Origin: a virus
Lineage: Duplodnaviria; Caudoviricetes
IMG/VR virus record: IMGVR_UViG_3300033145_001155
Location: 1 to 61,758 of that record
DNA: 61,758 nucleotides
Direction: 5' to 3' (one strand)
This document shows positions 18,557 to 27,473 of the stretch, in pieces. The notes beneath the pieces were generated by a model. It was given only the letters and a program-made list of their open reading frames with translations, had not been told where the DNA came from and made no database searches. The translations under genes were made by a program, and so were the position numbers. Within the stretch, counting starts at the first letter, position 1; each line of letters begins with the position of its first letter.

Positions 18557-18867
18557 TGGCAGGGCAAAAAGGGCAAAAGGCGACAGCGGAGCTGATCATG
18601 CCCAAGGTAGAGGAACGGGCCTTGTGGCATGGTGCGACGTTGACGGAGGGCGCGGAGGGCGCAGAAGAGGACGACCGTAGTGTACGCGTAGTGCCGGAGG
18701 ACGTCTTGCCTGGCTACAAGGCACTCTGGGATCCGGAAGGCGGGCAGGCGTACGCGGTGGTGACGGAAGACTACACACTGGTGCGGCACGAAGAGGTACT
18801 GGTGATGGCAAATATGACGCCGGAGCAACGTCTGGTGAAGGCCATATTCGACGACAAAGAAGAGTAA
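18556..18867 (+). CDS. Hypothetical early protein
   Basis: TAATG coupling; 103 aa. Confidence 0.7.
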   Translation: MAGQKGQKATAELIMPKVEERALWHGATLTEGAEGAEEDDRSVRVVPEDVLPGYKALWDPEGGQAYAVVTEDYTLVRHEEVLVMANMTPEQRLVKAIFDDKEE

Positions 18868-18939
18868 TGCGGAGTACGTGGTGGGCGAGCCACATGGGGT
18901 GTGGTACGTCCGCCACGCTCGGCACGGTAGGCAACCCAA

Positions 18940-18996
18940 CGGAGCTAAGCGGGGCCGAACGGAGCTAAGCGGAACTTAATTGGCACGGGCCTTGCA
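18940..18996 (+). promoter_or_regulatory. Second sigma54 promoter with two CGGAGCTAAGC boxes
   Basis: TTGGCAC-GGGCC-TTGCA at 18980-18996; boxes at 18940-18950 and 18960-18970. Confidence 0.75.
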
Positions 18997-19060
18997 ACGT
19001 TGAAGGGTAGGGTTGGCGCGAACACAAGGCGCATAAAGGTTGTAAAGGAGGTAGCGAGCG

Positions 19061-19261
19061 ATGGCGAAGATGTACGTGGCAACGGTGCAGGTGTTAATGC
19101 GCGAGTGTGATAGCGCGGACCAGGCGACGGACGCAATACAGGGGCTAATGGAGAACGAATACGTTAAGGACTGGGCCTTCCTGCGCGTTGGTGGCCAGTA
19201 TATGTTTCCACAGGAGCGCACAGTGATGGAGGATTATGAAGAGGGGGACTTCTTAAGATGA
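19061..19261 (+). CDS. Hypothetical early protein
   Basis: AAGGAGG RBS; 66 aa. Confidence 0.75.
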   Translation: MAKMYVATVQVLMRECDSADQATDAIQGLMENEYVKDWAFLRVGGQYMFPQERTVMEDYEEGDFLR

Positions 19262-19542
19262 GCATACACAGGACGTGTAGGACGTGCGGGGAGATGTTCG
19301 ACCCTGAGGGCAAGCTACCCGGTGGGTATACTGACCAATGTAACCAGTGTAGTGCCGCTGACAGAGAGACACGGTACGTTGGGCGCGCCGGAGCGGTGCA
19401 CAAAGGGGCGAACATAGAAATCTTTAGGACGAACCTGGTGACGGTAAAGGCAGTACTAAGGCGCGAAAGTGTGGTAGGGCCAACGGCAAACCTAAGCCTG
19501 GGCAACCCTAAGGCACCGCCACCGTTCGGGCGCGAAGAGTGA
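19258..19542 (+). CDS. Zn-finger protein (CxxC...CxxC)
   Basis: ATGA overlap; CRTC and CNQC. Confidence 0.75.
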   Translation: MSIHRTCRTCGEMFDPEGKLPGGYTDQCNQCSAADRETRYVGRAGAVHKGANIEIFRTNLVTVKAVLRRESVVGPTANLSLGNPKAPPPFGREE

Positions 19543-19564
19543 AGAGTGAAAGGAGGAATAGGTT

Positions 19565-19936
19565 ATGACAAAGGTAGACCAGGTAGCACAGACGTGTAAG
19601 GGGTACGGCACATGTATACGGCGGACCGCAGGAGAAAGTACACCGCTATCCTGTACGGGATGCCCACACAGAGACAGAAGTGAGTTGGACGAACGGCTTA
19701 CCCCATACCACAAAAGTGGGGAACGTGTGGAAGTGGTATGGGCGTGGGGATGTGAAGTGTGGGAAGGGTACGGACTGAGGTGCGATGGTGAGAGGGGTAG
19801 GTTTTACGTTGGGTGTAGTACCGGTTGGCGTCCCACTTACGTAGTGCTGCACAGGACGGACAGCACAGGTGGTGGGTCTATGGGCGGCAAGGAAATAGTG
19901 AGTGTGAGGGGATTGGGCAAGTATCGGCCCGTGTAA
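19565..19936 (+). CDS. Hypothetical early protein
   Basis: AGGAGG RBS; RFYVGCSTGW.P...L.RTDS.GG motif. Confidence 0.75.
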   Translation: MTKVDQVAQTCKGYGTCIRRTAGESTPLSCTGCPHRDRSELDERLTPYHKSGERVEVVWAWGCEVWEGYGLRCDGERGRFYVGCSTGWRPTYVVLHRTDSTGGGSMGGKEIVSVRGLGKYRPV

Positions 19937-19948
19937 GGAGGAAGAGTG

Positions 19949-20122
19949 ATGCAGGCGGATGAATACATATATATTGATGAGGCTGAGGTTTGGGTATGCG
20001 GTAACTGTGGTGCATACGCGGGTAAAAAGGAAGAAGTAGCGCACTACGACACGTGCAAACCGGGGGAAGGTAAGAAGTGGGAAATATACAGTAAGGCAAA
20101 CGAAGAGGAGGTGGACGTATGA
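19949..20122 (+). CDS. 57-aa putative Zn-binding protein (CGNC...HYDTC), not in ORF track
   Basis: TAAGGAGG RBS; ATGA overlap with 20119. Confidence 0.7.
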   Translation: MQADEYIYIDEAEVWVCGNCGAYAGKKEEVAHYDTCKPGEGKKWEIYSKANEEEVDV

Positions 20123-20391
20123 ATATGGACAGGATAGGGCGGCAGGAGAGCCTGCTTAAGGACGCGCTACAGTACACGCACCCGGACAGCGGGGCAAGCG
20201 TGGACAAGGGGTACGGCGTACTGGTTGGTATGGCGGTGACGTTCATGGCAGTGCATAAAGAGGACCTGTTTCACGCAGCGGCAAGGGTAGGGCGGCTACT
20301 GCCCAATGGGTGGAGGAAAGAGTGTTGGCCGAGGCATTGGCAAGGGTTGCCAGGGCCGAACCCACAGGCGGAGGCAAGTGACATAGGGTAA
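20119..20391 (+). CDS. Hypothetical early protein
   Basis: GAGGAGG RBS; 90 aa. Confidence 0.7.
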   Translation: MNMDRIGRQESLLKDALQYTHPDSGASVDKGYGVLVGMAVTFMAVHKEDLFHAAARVGRLLPNGWRKECWPRHWQGLPGPNPQAEASDIG

Positions 20392-20457
20392 CGGGTAACA
20401 GGTAACGGAGGTGGGCGCATGGCAGTACACGCGGCAAAGGGCGAACATGGTGCAACA

Positions 20458-20809
20458 TAACCTTAACGGAACAAGGAGGTGGGCACATGGCAGACAAAGC
20501 AAACGTGGTACAGGTAAAGGCGACGTATGACAAGGACAGCAAACGTTACCACAGGTACACCATTGACGAAGGCCAGGGTGTGGTGGGCAACCTGTACATA
20601 CCAAAAGAGGACGGGCCTGAACTGGTGGGCCTGGTGGTTGAGGTGCAGGTGCAGAACCAGGCATAACACACCACACCGTGCACTACCCACGGCACTTCAC
20701 GCAGAGCGGGTAGGGGATTTGACATAGGGGCGTCGTGGGTAGTAAACTAAGGGTAGAGGCAAACGAGTGGCAAGAACGAGGTTGGTTAACCTTAACGGAA
20801 CAAGGAGGT
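20458..20809 (+). repeat. 23-bp direct repeat TAACCTTAACGGAACAAGGAGGT (20458-20480, 20787-20809) including the RBS
   Basis: Identical copies directly before two consecutive genes. Confidence 0.9.
20487..20666 (+). CDS. 59-aa hypothetical protein (MADKANVVQVKATYDKDSKRYHRY...), not in ORF track
   Basis: AAGGAGGT RBS; hand-translated. Confidence 0.75.
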   Translation: MADKANVVQVKATYDKDSKRYHRYTIDEGQGVVGNLYIPKEDGPELVGLVVEVQVQNQA

Positions 20810-20816
20810 ACGACAG

Positions 20817-21545
20817 ATGGAAAAAGGTAGCGTACGTGTGACAATAACAGGTAAGGGTAAGGTCGGCGAGTGCACCGGTGACGGGTGGGGTGCAAAGGGT
20901 GCGGGCAAGGGCTTAGTGGCCGCATTAGGCACCTTCAGCGCAGAGGCGGTGTATGAGGGGTTGATAGTACCGCCCCTGACCACCAAAGAGGCCATATTTA
21001 CTTTGGTGGCAACAAAGAACGCGGAGCGGCTATTTCCGCGCGCAAGCAGGGAGCTGAACCTGCTCGGCATCACGTTCATCGGTGCTGAGGCCGTGGGTAA
21101 AGGTGAGGAAGCACAGGAGGAGTACACCTTTGCCTATGAGGGTATCGTGGAAGACGTGGTTAACGTGGCGCGGCTGTTGAGTGCCGTAATGGTGCGCGGC
21201 GACCGGAAGTTGGGCCACACCGAACACCCGCTGACCTGGTTCGACCTAAAGCAAGCGGCAGGGTTGATACATTTGGCAAAGGAAGGCGATGCCGTAGCGG
21301 CAGAGGTTATTGGCTGGGGCAACGACATACTGGGTACCATAAAGGACGCGGCCAAGGCAGACGCCAAGGCCAAACGGGAAGCCATGATGGCGGCAAAGAA
21401 GGTGGAAACGAAAGCTAAGGCAGAGGCCAAGGCTAAAGCGGAAGGTGCGGCCAAGGCTAAGGCAGAGGCCAAAGCGGAGCTGGCACCCAATGCGGCAGAG
21501 GTTGACGAGGTCCCTGAGGACGAAGATAGAGGCACGAGTGAGTAG
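20817..21545 (+). CDS. Hypothetical protein with KAKAEA repeats
   Basis: 242 aa; strong RBS; Lys/Ala-rich tail. Confidence 0.8.
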   Translation: MEKGSVRVTITGKGKVGECTGDGWGAKGAGKGLVAALGTFSAEAVYEGLIVPPLTTKEAIFTLVATKNAERLFPRASRELNLLGITFIGAEAVGKGEEAQEEYTFAYEGIVEDVVNVARLLSAVMVRGDRKLGHTEHPLTWFDLKQAAGLIHLAKEGDAVAAEVIGWGNDILGTIKDAAKADAKAKREAMMAAKKVETKAKAEAKAKAEGAAKAKAEAKAELAPNAAEVDEVPEDEDRGTSE

Positions 21546-21988
21546 TGGTAAACCTTGACGTGGACTGCACACCCTTCAACGCCCGGCTAACGGAGTTGGG
21601 GTGTGCAGATAACCAAAGGCGGGCCAAGCGCGCAGCGCGTTTGTTGGCAGGAGGTTTGCCGCTTGGCCTAATTGACCACGCCGACATGGACCGGCTACTG
21701 GTATGTGGTAGGTGTGAACGCAGCACAGTGCGCATAAACGAAAAGGTGTTGCTGACTGCGGTAAGAGCTGACCTACAAAGCATAATGGACCGTGTTGAGG
21801 GTATGGACTGGTGGCGCGGGGAACCAGAAATAGCTGAGGTGAGGCGCAAGGCAAGAAAGGTGCGCTACAGGAAAGCCGCGAAGGAATGGGAAGAGCAGTG
21901 GTACGCCAAGCAAGAAAGGATGGATAAAGTGGTAGCCCAGGCTACGTTGGCAGAACTGACCACAGATGAAGGTGCAATGGTGCACTAA
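21545..21988 (+). CDS. Hypothetical protein (Cys motifs)
   Basis: 147 aa; coupled to the upstream stop. Confidence 0.7.
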   Translation: MVNLDVDCTPFNARLTELGCADNQRRAKRAARLLAGGLPLGLIDHADMDRLLVCGRCERSTVRINEKVLLTAVRADLQSIMDRVEGMDWWRGEPEIAEVRRKARKVRYRKAAKEWEEQWYAKQERMDKVVAQATLAELTTDEGAMVH

Positions 21989-21989
21989 C

Positions 21990-22033
21990 GGGTTGGGCCA
22001 GGGGTACACTCGTACGTACCCTGGCCCGAACCC
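21990..22033. terminator. Strong hairpin between convergent transcription units
   Basis: GGGTTGGGCCAGGGGTAC...GTACCCTGGCCCGAACCC. Confidence 0.7.
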
Positions 22034-22058
22034 ACTACACCCAACACCCCCCTCCTAC

Positions 22059-22451
22059 CTAATTTTTCGGCAGCCTAAATTCCACCGTTTCGTACGTACT
22101 GACGCGTGTGGCGTGTGCCAGCGCATCACCAACCAGTGCTACCTTTACACCCTCCTTAACCAGGAAGTCAGACAGAGCCTCCTTATCGAGCCGCGAGCTA
22201 CTACCCTGTTTATACCGGATAGTGCCAAACGTGTCCGAACCCGCTACCTTGGCATCGGCGAAGGCAAACGCAGGCATAAGCATTTCGTTTGCCTCCTTCT
22301 TAAGCGCCTTGGCCTGGTCTTCCAGGGCGCGACACTGGGCGCGCAACATCAGGCCCGCAGTTAACGCTTCCGTAACCCACTCTGGCTGTCCTTCCAACAC
22401 CGCCTTGGTTTTGTCATTCCACTCCCACGCTTTTGGTTTTGCTGTTGTCAT
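22059..22451 (-). CDS. Hypothetical protein (coiled coil plus beta, weakly Gp157/Gam-like layout)
   Basis: 130 aa; ATGA overlap. Confidence 0.7.
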   Translation of the reverse strand: MTTAKPKAWEWNDKTKAVLEGQPEWVTEALTAGLMLRAQCRALEDQAKALKKEANEMLMPAFAFADAKVAGSDTFGTIRYKQGSSSRLDKEALSDFLVKEGVKVALVGDALAHATRVSTYETVEFRLPKN

Positions 22452-22702
22452 ATGCCGTTACCTTCCTTTCGCGCCTGCAACTGCTCTATCACCTTGCGCA
22501 GGTATTTAACCTTGCACACGTTACAGTAACGCCGCCTGCGCGGTTCTTCCGGCAGATTAGGTCCTGTTAGTATAGGTGTGGAAAACAGAATTTCCATCTC
22601 CAACTTCCTATCACCGTTGCGAAAACGGAACACGAACTCCTCGTGCTTCGGCATACTATCTGCCAACGCACCACAATCATTACACTTTGCTGCATAAGCC
22701 AT
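22448..22702 (-). CDS. Zn-ribbon protein (CNDC...CNVC)
   Basis: ATG 22702 with GGGGGG upstream; internal start of ORF 22448..22759. Confidence 0.7.
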   Translation of the reverse strand: MAYAAKCNDCGALADSMPKHEEFVFRFRNGDRKLEMEILFSTPILTGPNLPEEPRRRRYCNVCKVKYLRKVIEQLQARKEGNGI

Positions 22703-23243
22703 TTTGTCCCCCCCTTGTGTTTGTGGGTGTACCCGGTGGCCCTGCCAACGCCACGGCAAACATTAGCCTGGCGAACGCGTGCCCCAGGTGGTCATTGCTA
22801 ACGTCGTGCGACATATGGGCAAAAATATGGGTTAACGCATGCCCCAGGTGGTCTACCACACTAACCTGCCTCCACCCCTCCGGTTCGTGTGTTTGCAGGC
22901 CCAGGTGCATGATGTTGGCCAGGCGCAACACGGCATGCGCGTCTAACAGGTCACACCGATATGGCCGCTTGCTTTGTAGCTCGTCACGCAACACGTCGGG
23001 TTGAAGGCCGTCCAACTCCATGTGTTCCGCAACCTTTTCCCAACTACCGTCTAAAAAAGTACGTCTAAGTTCTTCCTCTTTCATTATTCTATCTACAGCT
23101 TCCCCTGTTCTGTATACTTCATTACGCACTACTCGTTCTGCTTCCGTGTATACCCATTCGCCGTTAAGACATAGTTTTTGTGCAATCCTTTTATCCCTCT
23201 CTAATTCCTTCACACGGGCTTCTTTATCTTCGTCGTTCAGCAT
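22680..23243 (-). CDS. DUF5664-type dATP/dGTP diphosphohydrolase-like protein
   Basis: RCDLLD..AV.RLA.IM.LG...EGWR...HLGHALTH...DHLGHAFARLMF pattern; adjacent to purZ. Confidence 0.65.
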   Translation of the reverse strand: MLNDEDKEARVKELERDKRIAQKLCLNGEWVYTEAERVVRNEVYRTGEAVDRIMKEEELRRTFLDGSWEKVAEHMELDGLQPDVLRDELQSKRPYRCDLLDAHAVLRLANIMHLGLQTHEPEGWRQVSVVDHLGHALTHIFAHMSHDVSNDHLGHAFARLMFAVALAGPPGTPTNTRGGQNGLCSKV

Positions 23244-23255
23244 ACTACATACCCC

Positions 23256-24347
23256 CTAACCCAAATGCCGCACAATCATTTCGTCATGCTTCGGCCCCGT
23301 ACCAACGTACTGTACCGCACACCCTGCCGTTGCTTCCAGTTCAGCTATAAATGCAAACGTCCTTGCTGACAGGTCTTCCTCCTTGGTTGCCCCGTAGTTT
23401 GACCAGTCTATGTAGTTGGCAAACTGTAGGCACAAACACGTTGGGGCGCACACGCGTACAAAATGCTCGAATCGCGCCCAGGAAAAGCTAAACACGCGCC
23501 GCAACAGTTTTGTCGTTGTGGTTATTTCTGCTAACTGCTCTACCTTACCAGGATAACCACACGCCGTAGCTACGTCCTGCCACGTCAGCTCTTCGCTACC
23601 TGTGTAAGGCCCGCTGGTGCCGGTGCGGTTGTTGACACGTATGGGATAAGGGCGCAACACACCATAAACATTGCGTAGGTAGTGGGGTGGTACGCCCGCC
23701 TCGGCCAGTGCCATTGCAGGTACAATTAATTTGGACGTAACATACCTACCCGGCGCGATACCGTGCTCTAAGCAGAGGTCAAACCCTTGTGTCATTTCGC
23801 ACAGAACGGTGCCACCCTGCTCTAACATACGTGCCAGAAGTGTGCTAGTATTATACTCCATATTAACCCCACTGGCCTGTAGTATTGGGTCCTGGCTGAC
23901 AAACGCCATATCCGCACCGCGCATCATTTTTGCCATACGTGCACCACCAACGCCTTGCATGGTGCTTCCTATGTCGGTTAGGCTACGTTCCTCTTCCATC
24001 GCTAATGCCTGCGCCGTTATACATACGGCATGTGGGTCTATATGTACGCGCGATGGGTCAATATCTAACGCATGTAGCTCGGCCATAAAATTTTGCACGT
24101 GAATGAGCGACGAAGGCCCAAGGAAGATAGGACAATCCGTCACCACGCAAGCGATGGGCAGGTGGTAGGACACCTTTTTTGTGCCGTCGGGCAGTACCAT
24201 CGTATGCCCCGCGTTAGGGCTTGCGGCCATGACCAACGCGTCGGGCGGCGTACGTGCTGTTGCCAAATAGGCACTTAGTTTGCCCTTAGACTCTGAGCCC
24301 GCTTGGCCCCCAATTATCACGTTATACCCTGGTTTTAGTCCGCTCAT
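23256..24347 (-). CDS. purZ: PurZ, N6-succino-2-amino-2'-deoxyadenylate synthase (PurA paralogue)
   Basis: PurA fold (PNAGHT, EMTQGFDL) with PurZ-type substitutions: GGQAGSESKGK (Ser for the PurA Asp), RPYPIRV, TTTTKLLRR (Leu for Arg), QFANY instead of TKLD. Confidence 0.88.
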   Translation of the reverse strand: MSGLKPGYNVIIGGQAGSESKGKLSAYLATARTPPDALVMAASPNAGHTMVLPDGTKKVSYHLPIACVVTDCPIFLGPSSLIHVQNFMAELHALDIDPSRVHIDPHAVCITAQALAMEEERSLTDIGSTMQGVGGARMAKMMRGADMAFVSQDPILQASGVNMEYNTSTLLARMLEQGGTVLCEMTQGFDLCLEHGIAPGRYVTSKLIVPAMALAEAGVPPHYLRNVYGVLRPYPIRVNNRTGTSGPYTGSEELTWQDVATACGYPGKVEQLAEITTTTKLLRRVFSFSWARFEHFVRVCAPTCLCLQFANYIDWSNYGATKEEDLSARTFAFIAELEATAGCAVQYVGTGPKHDEMIVRHLG

Positions 24348-24382
24348 ATGCTTTTCTCCTTATCTGATATTAGGTTTTGGGT

Positions 24383-24547
24383 TTAAAGAGGTATATCATC
24401 AGTCTCTTTGACGTCCACATCTATACGGATGATGTTACCCATCCTATACGCTTTTATTGTACCCTCTTCCACTTCCACGTCGGCGCGTTTAATACCAGCA
24501 CGAACCTTTAAGTACAACTCTTGTATTATATCCAGAATATTAACCAT
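24383..24547 (-). CDS. 54-aa hypothetical protein, not in ORF track
   Basis: AAGGAGG RBS; MVNILDIIQELYLKV...; hand-translated. Confidence 0.65.
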   Translation of the reverse strand: MVNILDIIQELYLKVRAGIKRADVEVEEGTIKAYRMGNIIRIDVDVKETDDIPL

Positions 24548-24640
24548 AACTTCCTCCTTGTTAAAGTTGTTGGCTCAGGGTATGGTCGATCTCATGTAGA
24601 TTGGTTAAACCACATGAAACCTGCTACCCAAGTCGTGGTA

Positions 24641-25559
24641 CTGGCAGATAGCGGTTTAATGAGTAAGTAGAGTAGCACACTCCTGGGAGTCTCCCACCCG
24701 CTATATTAAAGCCCTCACCCGGAATCTATTTAGGGCTTCCTCACTTCCCCTTAAAGAGAAAGAAATTCTCACTGCCGCTACTGCCAGCATAAAGTTAATC
24801 TATACCACATAAAACATCTAATACTAACATAATCACTCCTCTTTAGTTTAGTGCTAACAGCGGAGGGAACTAAACTGCAAACGGATCTTGCTTCCTTATT
24901 TCCTCTGCAAACCTCTCAATATTCCCGCCCACTGGGTCAGCCTGATGGGTGCGTATAGTGTACTCAGCAATGCGCTGAATAAACTCGCCTAAGTTTTCTT
25001 TCCGTATGTTGTCATCATCAGACCAGTAATCCGCAAAAGCGTTTACTACGGACTCCGGTAAAACATTCGTCAATTTGAAACTCAATATATCTTTCATAAT
25101 AAACACCTAACGTAAAGTTAAGCTGGCAGAGCGGGTAGCAACTGTTCCCATGCAATAGCAATCCATAATAACCAGTCTTCCCAGGTGTCCTTATCCGCCA
25201 GATAAGTCTCACACCCTCTCACTGCCCCGCTACTGCCAGCATAAAAGGTTAAAATAACCGGCGGAATGCAATTTTTACGCAATACACAACCGGCGTTCCA
25301 CTCGGACCTTATGACCCTGCATCCTGGGCGTAGACCTCTTGTGGTCTCAAAGAAGCTGGTTAGGCTTCACCTTTAGGATCGCCCTTTGTATCAGGCCCCA
25401 AACCAAGAGTTATTTACTGGTCAAAAAACTCTTGTAATTGCTAATGTTAAGCTGACCTGCAGCGGCTGGTGAGCCTATCTCCACCCCTCAAGATAGTAAA
25501 GGACTTCCCGATCAAAAGTCGCCCGTTTCAGCCCAGCTCACCAGTTCCGCCACGTCAGC
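24641..25559. mobile_element. Cluster of four attC-like imperfect palindromes (no integrase; CALIN-like)
   Basis: Elements at about 24641-24800, 25105-25254, 25284-25365, 25439-25559; AAC...GTT ends (ACCTAAC, GTTAGGC) and inner arms pairing with single extra bases; some ends degenerate. Confidence 0.6.
24870..25106 (-). CDS. Hypothetical protein in cassette-like position
   Basis: Starts immediately after GTTAGGT (R'-like) on the minus strand. Confidence 0.65.
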   Translation of the reverse strand: MFIMKDILSFKLTNVLPESVVNAFADYWSDDDNIRKENLGEFIQRIAEYTIRTHQADPVGGNIERFAEEIRKQDPFAV

Positions 25560-25618
25560 ACCCCCATTTTACCCCGAACCCCGTCCTTCTGTCAAACCCT
25601 CTTCTTCCTTGTACTTCC

Positions 25619-25834
25619 TTACTTCCTGTACTTACCAGAACCGATAAACACTGTGCCAGGCCCTTTGTCCCAATCCATTCGCCCTTCATGCCCTGGGCAG
25701 TAGTTAGCGGGAAATGCTTGTTTATAGAATTCACTGTAGTAGGCATCAGCCAAATGCGCCCCGTGAGTGCAACCACAGTTAGTACGCACCTCCCTGTTAA
25801 TTGCCAGATGTGGTTCGTACACGTTACTGCTCAT
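25619..25834 (-). CDS. Hypothetical Cys-containing protein
   Basis: ATGA overlap with the HNH gene; AAGGAGG RBS. Confidence 0.6.
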   Translation of the reverse strand: MSSNVYEPHLAINREVRTNCGCTHGAHLADAYYSEFYKQAFPANYCPGHEGRMDWDKGPGTVFIGSGKYRK

Positions 25835-26409
25835 ACCCTATCCTCCTTCCGGACCAGTTCGTTCGCCTTTGTGTGCGCCGTAGCGTGTGGGTGTGTGTGT
25901 ACGTGTGTCTGGTGAGGGCAATAGCCGTAAGCCCCCAGTGCAAAGTTGCAGTTATGACACAGCACCCTAAAGTCATCCGGGCAATTGTTCTTTACTAACC
26001 ACCTATATATTGCGTTTCCACCTCGCGTTTTTAACTCGCGTCTATGTTCATTTCCTCCCCCGTTAACATGATCCATACATAGGAACTCCAACTTGTCTTC
26101 ACCACAGCATGCACATACACCGCCATAGTGATCTATAACCCGCTTGCGGTACGCCGCAGTTCTCCTTCGTCTACCCACTTTCTGTGATTCGTGCGCCACC
26201 GGGTCCGCCTTAGTTTTTGCCCATTTCCTTTGTGACGCCGTACCCGGCTTCTTTAGATTAAGTTTGTGCACCGGGTTAGCACTGCCATGCGGGAAACCGC
26301 GTAAATGTGAACGCGGGTTGTGCCCTGTACAGTACCTACTATTCTTGCCTTTAGGATTACCGCCGCAGCCACACGCACACGCGGAAAGTGAACTACCCAT
26401 TAGTCCCAT
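25831..26409 (-). CDS. HNH endonuclease
   Basis: N-terminal CACGCG; CACCGE...LCMDHVNGGG...VLCHNCN. Confidence 0.85.
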   Translation of the reverse strand: MGLMGSSLSACACGCGGNPKGKNSRYCTGHNPRSHLRGFPHGSANPVHKLNLKKPGTASQRKWAKTKADPVAHESQKVGRRRRTAAYRKRVIDHYGGVCACCGEDKLEFLCMDHVNGGGNEHRRELKTRGGNAIYRWLVKNNCPDDFRVLCHNCNFALGAYGYCPHQTHVHTHPHATAHTKANELVRKEDRV

Positions 26410-26496
26410 TGCTTTTCTCCTTTCGTATTAGTCGTTCCCTGTATTATACCACAAACAGCTAATACGAAACAAGTACACTTACACATACTACACACG

Positions 26497-26901
26497 TCAT
26501 CCGTCGCTCGCGTTCGTCTTTTGTTTTTTGCCCGATGTACATTCGTTGTCAACGGTCGTCTCTTGCGTCCGCGCCCTTGTGTCCTTGTGCGTTGAGCGCT
26601 TGTGCGTGTCCTTGTGCGTTCGTGCGTGGGGATTTTGGTCTTCGGGCGCATAGGTCGGCTGATCTGACACAGCATTAACGAACAGTGCATATTGCCCACT
26701 TGCGCGTCGCCTAACCTCTGCCACACGCCCTTCACACACCCCAATACGTTCCGCTTCCAACGTCAACCAGCGATGGTAGGGTATATACCCATACTGCGTA
26801 TGCATCCACCCAACACCAACACCTTTGGTTAAGTCCGGACCCCAATCCGTGTGCTGTATTAGCTCGTCCTCACCGGTCTGTCTGCCTGCTTGTGGCATCA
26901 C
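26497..26901 (-). CDS. Hypothetical protein
   Basis: 134-aa ORF, low-complexity C-terminus. Confidence 0.5.
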   Translation of the reverse strand: MMPQAGRQTGEDELIQHTDWGPDLTKGVGVGWMHTQYGYIPYHRWLTLEAERIGVCEGRVAEVRRRASGQYALFVNAVSDQPTYAPEDQNPHARTHKDTHKRSTHKDTRARTQETTVDNECTSGKKQKTNASDG

Positions 26902-27100
26902 TCAACCCCCCTTCCCCTGGAATGGATATGGATGCAAGTTTAATTTCAGTTGGGGTCAATATTATTCCTTTCCCCAAACAGACTCTACAAGTGTAGGGTC
27001 CCACGTCTGCCGAATCCCAAACTTCCTGGTCCCCTGCGATACCAGGTGGCTTACTCACCAAACCAGTACCGTCGCATACTGGACATTTTTGGTACATCAT
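26870..27100 (-). CDS. CxxCxGxG Zn-finger protein
   Basis: CPVCDGTG...CRVCLGKG. Confidence 0.7.
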   Translation of the reverse strand: MMYQKCPVCDGTGLVSKPPGIAGDQEVWDSADVGPYTCRVCLGKGIILTPTEIKLASISIPGEGGLSDATSRQTDR

Positions 27101-27209
27101 TTACCCCCCTATTATTAGTTACCCCTCTACCCTTTACCCCACGTTAAACAACCAAGTTGGCACTAACAATGTCACCAGTGCGGCCAAATATACCCACCGT
27201 AAAATTTGA

Positions 27210-27473
27210 TCACTCACCTTGTGTACCACCCCCTTCGCGCCTCTCATACCCGCGTAGTAGTTTACCTATATCTGTGCTTCGCCCACACCCAGGGCAGTGT
27301 GTCTTTTTGCTTAGTACCAGGCAGTTAAACTCTGTGCCACATATGCACCTAACCCTGACCTTCGTTCCACCTTCTGTTATCCATTTGTACTCTATACTCT
27401 GCTGTACCCCTCCGTCACCACCGCCACGGTGTGAAAGCCCACGCCACACTTTACTTTTTATGTGCTCACCCAT
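27210..27473 (-). CDS. Zn-ribbon protein
   Basis: CICG...CPGCG. Confidence 0.65.
   Translation of the reverse strand: MGEHIKSKVWRGLSHRGGGDGGVQQSIEYKWITEGGTKVRVRCICGTEFNCLVLSKKTHCPGCGRSTDIGKLLRGYERREGGGTQGE

Noticed and set aside
23256-24347. Ordinary adenylosuccinate synthetase PurA as an auxiliary metabolic gene
   Set aside because: Lacks PurA-diagnostic GDEGKG, TTGRxR and TKLD; carries PurZ-type residues instead.
24845-24876. Twister ribozyme (UAAC...GGAGGG inside a stem)
   Set aside because: The central P2/P4 and pseudoknot segments are missing; too short.
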